From Moniliella sp. 'wahieum' (Eukaryota): a stretch of DNA of 64,000 nucleotides. Made by a program: the position numbers and the translations under genes. This document shows, piece after piece, positions 50,701-62,110 of this stretch. Location of the stretch: the NCBI GenBank assembly GCA_003971905.1, contig RSEE01000145.1, forward strand, positions 1-64,000. The letters are read 5' to 3'. How positions within the stretch are numbered: the stretch's first letter is position 1; every line of letters begins with the position of its first letter. The notes beneath the pieces are model-generated. The model searched no databases. It saw only the letters and a list, made by a program, of their open reading frames with translations, and had not been told where the DNA came from.

Positions 50701-52300
50701 GTTTCCTCCGCCGCCATCGGCGGACTGAGGGAGCTCGCTAACTCCTTTTCGGGTAACGGTGGCAGGCCCAAGGTTGAACCAGCCTCCATTGTACTTTGGG
50801 GGACGGCGGGGGTGGAATAAGGTCGATCGGATGATGGCAAGAAGGTGACACCGAGCTCAGATGCAGGGCTCGTCACAGAGTGAGGTGCACGAGGCCGATC
50901 TGCCGCTGCCACCATCTGTGGTCCACCAAGAGTCGACTCGGGACCAAGAACGGTGCGGGGTGCAGCAGGAGTCGATGGTATGCTTTCCTCTGCGCCCACA
51001 GGAGCGCTGCCTACTCTTGCCTCTTCTGGTTCGGGAAGTTGGGGTAGGCCCAAGGTTGAGCCAGCCTCCACCGTACTCTGTGGAACGGGGGGGTGCTGGG
51101 AGGATTGGATGAGGGTAAGAAGGAAGCGCCTCTGTCAGATGCAGGTCTCCTCACAGAGTAAGGGGGGCGCGCCGGTCCCTCTCCTGCCTCGGCTTGTGGC
51201 CTACGCTGAATCGACTCCTGAATGACAAGGGGGTGGGGTCTTTCCGGCACATCGAGGGAAGGCGCAGCCACACGAGAAGTTCCACGTTGTCCCAAAGTCC
51301 TGCGATAGGTAGGGTGGTTAGTAGAAGCAGGCAGGGGAGAGAGCACAACATACTCAGAAGCTAGGTGAGAGGAATGGGGCGAGTCCCGTTGCGGGGTAGC
51401 AGACCGATGGCGTGGCGCAACAGACCCGTGCACTGTCCGCTCCGAGCTCGAGGTTGTCTGCTGTTCAAACATGCTAATCAAGTTGCGCGTTGAAGAGGGC
51501 GCAGGGCTTGCCCGCACCGGGCTCGAGGGCGGCGGAAGTGACTTGGAATTGGAATTGGAATTGGAGTTGGAGTTGGAGTTGGAAGGAACTGATCGACTGG
51601 GAGAAGATGGTACTGTACGCTCACGTCTGGGACTGGGGCTCGTCAGGCGCTGAATCGTCTCAGCCACCGTACCGGCGCGAAGGGTGTTTGCGGTGGGCGA
51701 CCTACTCGCACGCGAATGGTGAGACTCATGGGGGGACGAGCGCTCGCGAACCTGTGCATCTCGTGTGAGAAGGAGGGGTGTGCCTTGCCTTACGGTCGAG
51801 CCGGACGGCGAGCGATGGGGCGTAGAGGAACCCCTAGGGCACGGGGACTCGCTCGGCACGTTCACCTTCCAAGAGCCAACAGGGCTGTGTCTTCCCGCCC
51901 GCGAGGGGGTGCGGGCATCAAAGAAAGCAGGAGTGGCAGGCGAGGGTTGGCGAGATACAGAAGGCGATGCTGCGGAGACATTCGGGAGGGCCGACAGCTC
52001 GGCAGAGAGGTCAGAGCCGATCGGGCGTGTTGATAGAGCTCGAGGGCTGCGGGCACGGATGGACTCGGGTGACCGCGTCGACGAGGAAGCCGATGAGGGA
52101 GCCGATGCGGGAGGCAAAACACGGTGGGCTGCAGTGGAAGAGGCGCTGGACGTGGGGCTGGGCGGGAGTGGGAGGCGTGTGGGCGACAGAGGCTGAGCCC
52201 AAGGGGATGCGGGGCGGGCGGGGGCGGGGAGGCCATGCGGGGATATGTGTGCTGGGGCGTGTGAAGCGGGAGAAGACGAGGAGGCCGCGGCGCAGGCCAT
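41726..52300 (-). CDS. Very large (~3400 aa if one gene) S/P/T-rich protein with a C-terminal coiled coil; function unknown
   Basis: Near-continuous chain of overlapping minus-strand ORFs. Introns at 42503-42561 and 42641-42697. C-terminal helical block KEVLRMFEEVGRIRESKRSVEHELSELFQMRAKYG followed by a Pro-rich tail. Could be more than one gene. Confidence 0.6.
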
Positions 52301-52601
52301 GCGCGGGCAACGAAGGAGGAAGCGCGCGCGCAGGAAGAGGTGGTGGGAGCAGCGCGGCGCTGAAGCGCAGGAGAAGGTGGGGCAGCACGAGAGGAGCGCC
52401 ACCGCCAACACAGACAACGACGGACGGCAAAAAGAAGGATTAGGCCTTAGGCGGATGCGGCCAGAGTGCGGCCCGTGCCCAGCACCTCCGCCAGCACGCT
52501 GAGCACGCTGCCCAGCGTGATCGGCAGGACGCAGTTGTGGGTGACGCCAACCTGTAACACGCGGCTCCCGCCTGCTCCCGCCTGCTCCAGCGGGCTGCTG
52601 G

Positions 52602-52841
52602 TGTTGGCCTAGGGAGCCGGACGGGCAGAAGGATGAGGAGAAGGTGATGGATTGGAGCCAGAGTTGGGTCTGGGTACAGAGGCATCTATATAGGAGGCTG
52701 GACTAGGCACAGGGACAGTGAGTCACACAGGAGAGAGTGCAGGGCACAGGGACAGTGACACGCAGGGACGTCAGCGTGGAAGCCGATGGAACCGAGGCGA
52801 ACCTGGTCTACCGACTGGGAGCCAGAGGATCACAGTCAACA
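52602..52841 (-). repeat. TRIM LTR (first copy)
   Basis: TGTTGG..GTCAACA termini, a central TATATA box, and a duplicated GGCACAGGGACAGTGA. Confidence 0.9.
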
Positions 52842-53560
52842 CCCCCGCTGGCCAGGGAACCCGGAGACATCGGTTGTGGGATGAGCTCCTGCCAGTGGAT
52901 GTAGAGAGGGGAGGACTTGAGTGGCAACCGGGACGAATGGCCTGGAGTTGTGCATGGCCACACGACTGGCCTACACCCCCGCTGTCCAGGATGACACCTG
53001 AACGAGCCGAGCGCTTGTGGTTGGTGTATTGTGCGACCGCCAGATGCTTGTAGAAGTCTTAGAAGTAAAAGTAGTAGGGGTTGCGCCCCGAAGCGATTTG
53101 GTGGGCAAAAGTAAAAAGCACCAGTTATAGGTGTAGTGAAAGAAAATTGGAAACTTGGAGTAAATGCGGTCCAAGGTCGTTTGGCATCAAAATTGGATGC
53201 GTTTGGTAGTTGTTTGGTTCCGCATGCCTGGTGCCAGTGGGGTCCATTGGGCATGGGAAATGAACGGGCGCTATGCGTCAACCGTCTTGATCTGTTTGGG
53301 TTCTCTTTGTTGTTGAAAAAGAGGAGTGGAAGAAGTTGGGTGACCACCCCCCCCCATCCTTTCCCCAGGTGCCCCGGATGAATTGGCAATCCGGGGCGTG
53401 TAGCCGTGGGTGGGGCACTTGATGAGCAGCCACCCCCGCTTTCTGCGATTCGCCTGCGCCGTTTTGTCGTTGGAGGAATTTCGTCTCGTTGACGATACCC
53501 GACACGTTTTGTTCCGTCGTGTGTTGTCCCTAAAAATCATTGCCCCATCTGTGGGGGACG

Positions 53561-53640
53561 AGTGTGCCGATTGTGGCGGTAGTATGCCGATTGTGGCGGT
53601 AGTATGCCGATTGTGGCGGTAAGGTGCCGATTGTGGCGGT
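53561..53640. repeat. 4 x 20-bp tandem repeat in the TRIM interior, present in every unit
   Basis: AGTATGCCGATTGTGGCGGT-type units. Confidence 0.95.
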
Positions 53641-56600
53641 GGTGTTGTTGGGCGGGAGGACGGGTGTGTCTTGTGGGCTTGGCGGCTTAGCTTGGGCTTG
53701 TAGGCTTGGGGGTGGGCTTGCTTGAAGAGCGCTCCCCTTCCGGGGGGATCAGATTGTAGCTCTGTTGGCCTAGGGAGCCGGACGGGCAGAAGGATGAGGA
53801 GAAGGTGATGGATTGGAGCCAGAGTTGGGTCTGGGTACAGAGGCATCTATATAGGAGGCTGGACTAGGCACAGGGACAGTGAGTCACACAGGAGAGAGTG
53901 CAGGGCACAGGGACAGTGACACGCAGGGACGTCAGCGTGGAAGCCGATGGAACCGAGGCGAACCTGGTCTACCGACTGGGAGCCAGAGGATCACAGTCAA
54001 CACCCCCGCTGGCCAGGGAACCCGGAGACATCGGTTGTGGGATGAGCTCCTGCCAGTGGATGTAGAGAGGGGAGGACTTGAGTGGCAACCGGGACGAATG
54101 GCCTGGAGTTGTGCATGGCCACACGACTGGCCTACACCCCCGCTGTCCAGGATGACACCTGAACGAGCCGAGCGCTTGTGGTTGGTGTATTGTGCGACCG
54201 CCAGATGCTTGTAGAAGTCTTAGAAGTAAAAGTAGTAGGGGTTGCGCCCCGAAGCGATTTGGTGGGCAAAAGTAAAAAGCACCAGTTATAGGTGTAGTGA
54301 AAGAAAATTGGAAACTTGGAGTAAATGCGGTCCAAGGTCGTTTGGCATCAAAATTGGATGCGTTTGGTAGTTGTTTGGTTCCGCATGCCTGGTGCCAGTG
54401 GGGTCCATTGGGCATGGGAAATGAACGGGCGCTATGCGTCAACCGTCTTGATCTGTTTGGGTTCTCTTTGTTGTTGAAAAAGAGGAGTGGAAGAAGTTGG
54501 GTGACCACCCCCCCCCATCCTTTCCCCAGGTGCCCCGGATGAATTGGCAATCCGGGGCGTGTAGCCGTGGGTGGGGCACTTGATGAGCAGCCACCCCCGC
54601 TTTCTGCGATTCGCCTGCGCCGTTTTGTCGTTGGAGGAATTTCGTCTCGTTGACGATACCCGACACGTTTTGTTCCGTCGTGTGTTGTCCCTAAAAATCA
54701 TTGCCCCATCTGTGGGGGACGAGTGTGCCGATTGTGGCGGTAGTATGCCGATTGTGGCGGTAGTATGCCGATTGTGGCGGTAAGGTGCCGATTGTGGCGG
54801 TGGTGTTGTTGGGCGGGAGGACGGGTGTGTCTTGTGGGCTTGGCGGCTTAGCTTGGGCTTGTAGGCTTGGGGGTGGGCTTGCTTGAAGAGCGCTCCCCTT
54901 CCGGGGGGATCAGATTGTAGCTCTGTTGGCCTAGGGAGCCGGACGGGCAGAAGGATGAGGAGAAGGTGATGGATTGGAGCCAGAGTTGGGTCTGGGTACA
55001 GAGGCATCTATATAGGAGGCTGGACTAGGCACAGGGACAGTGAGTCACACAGGAGAGAGTGCAGGGCACAGGGACAGTGACACGCAGGGACGTCAGCGTG
55101 GAAGCCGATGGAACCGAGGCGAACCTGGTCTACCGACTGGGAGCCAGAGGATCACAGTCAACACCCCCGCTGGCCAGGGAACCCGGAGACATCGGTTGTG
55201 GGATGAGCTCCTGCCAGTGGATGTAGAGAGGGGAGGACTTGAGTGGCAACCGGGACGAATGGCCTGGAGTTGTGCATGGCCACACGACTGGCCTACACCC
55301 CCGCTGTCCAGGATGACACCTGAACGAGCCGAGCGCTTGTGGTTGGTGTATTGTGCGACCGCCAGATGCTTGTAGAAGTCTTAGAAGTAAAAGTAGTAGG
55401 GGTTGCGCCCCGAAGCGATTTGGTGGGCAAAAGTAAAAAGCACCAGTTATAGGTGTAGTGAAAGAAAATTGGAAACTTGGAGTAAATGCGGTCCAAGGTC
55501 GTTTGGCATCAAAATTGGATGCGTTTGGTAGTTGTTTGGTTCCGCATGCCTGGTGCCAGTGGGGTCCATTGGGCATGGGAAATGAACGGGCGCTATGCGT
55601 CAACCGTCTTGATCTGTTTGGGTTCTCTTTGTTGTTGAAAAAGAGGAGTGGAAGAAGTTGGGTGACCACCCCCCCCCATCCTTTCCCCAGGTGCCCCGGA
55701 TGAATTGGCAATCCGGGGCGTGTAGCCGTGGGTGGGGCACTTGATGAGCAGCCACCCCCGCTTTCTGCGATTCGCCTGCGCCGTTTTGTCGTTGGAGGAA
55801 TTTCGTCTCGTTGACGATACCCGACACGTTTTGTTCCGTCGTGTGTTGTCCCTAAAAATCATTGCCCCATCTGTGGGGGACGAGTGTGCCGATTGTGGCG
55901 GTAGTATGCCGATTGTGGCGGTAGTATGCCGATTGTGGCGGTAAGGTGCCGATTGTGGCGGTGGTGTTGTTGGGCGGGAGGACGGGTGTGTCTTGTGGGC
56001 TTGGCGGCTTAGCTTGGGCTTGTAGGCTTGGGGGTGGGCTTGCTTGAAGAGCGCTCCCCTTCCGGGGGGATCAGATTGTAGCTCTGTTGGCCTAGGGAGC
56101 CGGACGGGCAGAAGGATGAGGAGAAGGTGATGGATTGGAGCCAGAGTTGGGTCTGGGTACAGAGGCATCTATATAGGAGGCTGGACTAGGCACAGGGACA
56201 GTGAGTCACACAGGAGAGAGTGCAGGGCACAGGGACAGTGACACGCAGGGACGTCAGCGTGGAAGCCGATGGAACCGAGGCGAACCTGGTCTACCGACTG
56301 GGAGCCAGAGGATCACTAACCGTCTTGATCTGTTTGGGTTCTCTTTGTTGTTGAAAAAGAGGAGTGGAAGAAGTTGGGTGACCACCCCCCCCCATCCTTT
56401 CCCCAGGTGCCCCGGATGAATTGGCAATCCGGGGCGTGTAGCCGTGGGTGGGGCACTTGATGAGCAGCCACCCCCGCTTTCTGCGATTCGCCTGCGCCGT
56501 TTTGTCGTTGGAGGAATTTCGTCTCGTTGACGATACCCGACACGTTTTGTTCCGTCGTGTGTTGTCCCTAAAAATCATTGCCCCATCTGTGGGGGACGAG

Positions 56601-59600
56601 TGTGCCGATTGTGGCGGTAGTATGCCGATTGTGGCGGTAGTATGCCGATTGTGGCGGTAAGGTGCCGATTGTGGCGGTGGTGTGTTGGGAGGACGGGTGT
56701 GTCTTGTGGGCTTGGCGGCTTAGCTTGGGCTTGTAGGCTTGGGGGTGGGCTTGCTTGAAGAGCGCTCCCCTTCCGGGGGGATCAGATTGTAACTCTGTTG
56801 GCCTAGGGAGCCGGACGGGCAGAAGGATGAGGAGAAGGTGATGGATTGGAGCCAGAGTTGGGTCTGGGTACAGAGGCATCTATATAGGAGGCTGGACTAG
56901 GCACAGGGACAGTGAGTCACACAGGAGAGAGTGCAGGGCACAGGGACAGTGACACGCAGGGACGTCAGCGTGGAAGCCGATGGAACCGAGGCGAACCTGG
57001 TCTACCGTGATCCTCTGGCTCCCAGTCGGTAGACCAGGTTCGCCTCGGTTCCATCGGCTTCCACGCTGACGTCCCTGCGTGTCACTGTCCCTGTGCCCTG
57101 CACTCTCTCCTGTGTGACTCACTGTCCCTGTGCCTAGTCCAGCCTCCTATATAGATGCCTCTGTACCCAGACCCAACTCTGGCTCCAATCCATCACCTTC
57201 TCCTCATCCTTCTGCCCGTCCGGCTCCCTAGGCCAACAGAGTTACAATCTGATCCCCCCGGAAGGGGAGCGCTCTTCAAGCAAGCCCACCCCCAAGCCTA
57301 CAAGCCCAAGCTAAGCCGCCAAGCCCACAAGACCACCCGTCCTCCCGCCCAACAACACCACCGCCACAATCGGCACCTTACCGCCACAATCGGCATACTA
57401 CCGCCACAATCGGCATACTACCGCCACAATCGGCACACTCGTCCCCCACAGATGGGGCAATGATTTTTAGGGACAACACACGACGGAACAAAACGTGTCG
57501 GGTATCGTCAACGAGACGAAATTCCTCCAACGACAAAACGGCGCAGGCGAATCGCAGAAAGCGGGGGTGGCTGCTCATCAAGTGCCCCACCCACGGCTAC
57601 ACGCCCCGGATTGCCAATTCATCCGGGGCACCTGGGGAAAGGATGGGGGGGGTGGTCACCCAACTTCTTCCACTTCTCTTTTTCAACAACAAAGAGAACC
57701 CAAACAGATCAAGACGGTTGACGCATAGCGCCCGTTCATTTCCCATGCCCAATGGACCCCACTGGCACCAGGCATGCGGAACCAAACAACTACCAAACGC
57801 ATCCAATTTTGATGCCAAACGACCTTGGACCGCATTTACTCCAAGTTTCCAATTTTCTTTCACTACACCTATAACTGGTGCTTTTTACTTTTGCCCACCA
57901 AATCGCTTCGGGGCGCAACCCCTACTACTTTTACTTCTAAGACTTCTACAAGCATCTGGCGGTCGCACAATACACCAACCACAAGCGCTCGGCTCGTTCA
58001 GGTGTCATCCTGGACAGCGGGGGTGTAGGCCAGTCGTGTGGCCATGCACAACTCCAGGCCATTCGTCCCGGTTGCCACTCAAGTCCTCCCCTCTCTACAT
58101 CCACTGGCAGGAGCTCATCCCACAACCGATGTCTCCGGGTTCCCTGGCCAGCGGGGGTGATGACTGTGATCCTATGGCTCCCAGTCGGTAGACCAGGTTC
58201 GCCTCGGTTCCATCGGCTTCCACGCTGACGTCCCTGCGTGTCACTGTCCCTGTGCCCTGCACTCTCTCCTGTGTGACTCACTGTCCCTGTGCCTAGTCCA
58301 GCCTCCTATATAGATGCCTCTGTACCCAGACCCAACTCTGGCTCCAATCCATCACCTTCTCCTCATCCTTCTGCCCGTCCGGCTCCCTAGGCCAACAGCT
58401 GGCTACCCCAACCAGGCATCCCAGTCCAGAGTACCTAGCTAGTGCCGGCCGCTGCGCTCAGATCGCAGATCTCACACCTCGCCAGACGTCGCCCCGCCAC
58501 TCTGTACTCAGTAACTAGTAATACACAGTGTACTCAGGTACTTTCTGCGCTCATCCATCACACACCCACGCCACCCACCGCACCACGCCGCACTCGGGCA
58601 TATCACTCACTACCCACTCACGCCGTACAGCCACGCAAGACTAACCGAACGAGCCGGCCTGCCAGTTCGCGTCGACTCTGGCTCAACATTCGCCCCTGCC
58701 CACACTCAGTACTGCGCCTGCGCCTTCCCCACGTCTCTCCCATACAACACCACACGTGTCATATCCCAGCCTCGCCTACGCTCCAAGTAGGTGAAGTAGG
58801 ACTGATGCATCCAGTTTCACATTTCCACGTCCAATCCCCTACCCTACTGACCCTGATCGACCTGATCGATAATCGATAATCCCGATCGTTACAGCTATTT
58901 TTGTTTGCCATGCATCCCACCGCTTCTTGCCATCCATCCCACGGTCCTCGCCAAAGATAGTAATGCGCCCCAGATGGCAAAAAACGTCATGATGATGAGG
59001 CCGCAGAAAACTCCTATTATCCTACTACTATTACGCAAACGTTTCCGGGGGGGGCAGTCCTTGATAAGCAAACAAAAGTAGGGAGGATTCTTTGCTGAGA
59101 ATGGAGGAGAGAATATCCAAGGGACCTATATAGCCGTAATACAGCGCGCACAAACAATTCATCACCGACCGCCTCCAATACACTAACTGCCTAAGTATAC
59201 CTCCCCCCCATTCAAAAACATATACATCCTCATCGGTCAATCGATCATCTCAGATCTCTCATCGATCATCGAGATCGCCCGGATCTGCAGAAAAAGACGC
59301 GCCGACATTCGAGAATAGTATTCGGTGCGTGCCCCTGCTGTATCTGTCATCGATCATGGATTATCGCTGCCATGCTCGCCTGTACATCTCTGTTGACATA
59401 CATGTTGGTACAGAACGGTCGCCACCTGCCTTTGCCATCGACGCTCGTTGACCGCACCTATCAACCTATCAATCGCACCACGCGAGGCCTGAGGGGAAAC
59501 AAAATACGCAATCAGTTATTCTAGTCTAAGTAGTTCGCGTTCGCTTGTTCTCAGGTCCGAAGATCTAGATCTGCGGCCGAGCCAAAAAAAATCGTGCGCT

Positions 59601-59736
59601 GTTGGTCACGTTGGCCATGCACCGCGGGTTAAGAAGCTGCCACAGACCGAGGCTGGCGCTGGCGACCCGGAACTAGGCCTTCAATCGTCTGGCACCTGCC
59701 TCACGCGCTCACGCCTCGGGCCACACGCCCCGGGGC

Positions 59737-61872
59737 TCACGCCTCACGTACTAGGCGGCTGGGCCAACATCCGATCCAAAAAGGGGAGGTAAGGGCCCTG
59801 GATCTGGGACCCCTGCTGGATCTGAGCGCGAGCGGCCGGGGGCACGTCATCAGACGCGTTGGGGTAGTAAGGATACTCTTGGGAAGGCGAAGCGAGTTCT
59901 TCGCGGGCGCGCACTGTGGCCACACCCGGGTCAGGCCGGAAGGGGGCAAGGTGAGCGGTAGCAAAGGCTGTGCGGAGCAGGCTGGGATGGGCAAAGAGGT
60001 CCATCCAAGGTCCACGTAGTGCCAGAACAAGTTTATTCGCGTGTGGCATGGTCTGCTCAAACCGATAACTCACCTCGAGATTCCCACCGTACCATCCTGA
60101 GCCTCGGACCAGCGGAAGTTCCGAGCTGAGCGAAGCTTCTACCCCACTCGACGTGCGGGAACGCGCGAGCACAGTCGCATCTAATGGGTCCAGAGCGTAT
60201 CCGAGCGAAGCAGGTGAGAACGCGAGGCTTACCCCGTTCTCCGATGCTAGCGTGACAAACGGATGAGAAAACCACGAGGGAAGCGAAAGGAGTAGCAGAC
60301 GGGTGGTGAGGGCCGGTCTGGTTGCCTCCCAATGCATGACGCGAAGAGAAATGGGCAAAATGGGCAAACCAAACAGCTGGCAACAACGCTTCTTCTTGCA
60401 CGTTGCCCGCGGACGACGAGGCAATAACAATAGCGTTGGGCGCAAGGAGAGAACCCAAGTGCCGACCGACATCGGTTACTCGGCTTTCCGAATCCCCTGC
60501 CGCCCTTGCCCCACAAGCCAAGGCGGCACAACAACAACGGGCGGGATGGCCGTCCCCGACGCGTTCACTGCATCGATCACGGTGACGTAAAAGTCGGTTT
60601 CACCCAGAGGCGGGAAATGCATACTTGACGGTGTGACGGGAGCGGAGGGCGTAGGACGTCCTTGTTGCTGCCCAGGGTTGGGAGTTGCCTCAGTCAGACG
60701 GAAAGGGTCGCCAGGAGAGACGTGGAAGACGCGCGCAGATGCGCGCCATAGGTCGTCCGGAGTCATAGAAGGGTGGGAAGCGAGAACGGAGGCGATTCGA
60801 CGGAAAAAGTGTTCGGCAGCTTGGATTGGCGTCTTGTCCTGCTCGGGAGGACGCTTCTTGCGGATAAAGTTGACGGCCCAGCTGGCTCCGACACTGGGGG
60901 ACGTGGATGTGGATTCGGAAGAAGGTTGGTCTTGCGCCAGAAGGTCGTTGGCCGCTTGGGCCACCAGTTGCGGCTGGGGCGACGTACCGATCGCATCAAG
61001 CTCCGTAAGATACGCCAGTAGCACACTCTCGTATGCTTCGGACAACTTGAAGTTGCGACTGGCACGATCCGCACGAGAAGGGTGGCCATGAAGGCGCCGT
61101 CGCAACCGTTCGCGCGGGACATTGAACTGTTTAGCAATTGCACGCATGCTGATTGCCTTGAGACCGTTAGGACCAACGACGTCCGAAGAAGAAACACTGC
61201 CCTCTCTCTGAGAGGCCGAGGCAGCCGTCGTCGTCGCGCCACCATTGGAGGCACCCGCTTCGTCCAGGAGGAGAGCTTGGCGTCGGGCATCCTCCGCTTG
61301 AGCGGCCTCATACGCCTCCTTGTAGGCAACAACGGCCTGGCGCATACGCACCTCGACAGCGTCGGCGGCCTGACGTTGTTGCTCCGCGAGCTGGGAGGCA
61401 GATTTGGCATAAAGATTCATCGAGCGACGGATGGCCTCGCCGGAAAACCCACCGGGAAAGTGGCCGGAAGCTTGGGCGCCAGCCTGGGCCGCGGCATGAT
61501 CGTCGTCGCGGTCGAGGCGCGAGGGGCGGCCACGGAGGCGGTTGCGCAGGCGCTCGCGTGGCACGCCGAACTGCTTGGCCAAGGAACGCATGGACGGTTT
61601 GGTCCCGCTCTGGCAATACACCAGCACGGCCTGCGTCACGCGCGTCTCGAGTGCCAGCGCCTCGTTCCGGCGCGTCTCGGCAGCAACATGGGCTCGGGAC
61701 GCTTGCGCGTGCGGGTTGACTTGGGCGGCGGGCCGGGCGCAGGCCCAGGCACAGCCGCAGGCACGGGCCCAGGCACAGGCACAGGTGCCCCGGGCACATT
61801 GGCGGTGGGAGCAGCGCCAGGCACGGGCGGCTGCTGCCCCGACGGCGGCGGGAGCGGGTAGGACGGGTGCAT
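59737..61872 (-). CDS. pogo/Fot1/CENP-B-derived DNA-binding protein with a degenerate DDE domain
   Basis: Two psq-type HTHs (SMRSLAKQFGVPRERLRNRLRG; SMRAIAKQFNVPRERLRRRLHG) and a CENP-B-type HTH (KLSEAYESVL..VGASWAVNF). DDE-region remnants VTVIDAVNASG.AIPP and LDPLD. Start is approximate. Confidence 0.78.
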
Positions 61873-62110
61873 CGAGCCAGACGGGCGGCGCGGTGGTGGC
61901 AGCGCTGCGCCAACCCAAACCAAAACCCAGCCGGGCGACGACCGCTGCCACGCTGCGCGTCCACATGCCAGGTGGCACGTGGCAGGTGGCACCCACGCCC
62001 CCGCGGCGGAACCAGCCCATTCCGCCCCGCGCCCCACCGGCCTACCCGTTTAACAACCCCCCGGCAGGACAGCCACCTACCCCCCACGCCTGCACCCCGA
62101 GCCACTAGCC

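Larger units (their letters stand above)
52602..58397. mobile_element. Palindromic tandem multimer of a non-autonomous LTR element (TRIM-like), 5796 bp
   Basis: 240-bp LTRs (TGTTG..CAACA) at 52602, 53763, 54924, 56085 (truncated) and 56796 (truncated), and inverted at ~57007-57238 and 58158-58397. Period is 1161 bp. TSD GCTGG at 52597-52601 and 58398-58402. Confidence 0.93.

Noticed and set aside
56085..58397. Fold-back read chimera explaining the inversion
   Set aside because: The right arm is not a mirror of the adjacent left unit (it lacks the ~450-bp deletion and has private substitutions), and it exits into unique sequence with a matching TSD. Read-level confirmation is still needed.
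52602..58397. DNA transposon or foldback element with long TIRs
   Set aside because: The units carry LTR hallmarks: TG..CA ends, PBS and PPT positions shared with the copia element, and a 5-bp TSD.
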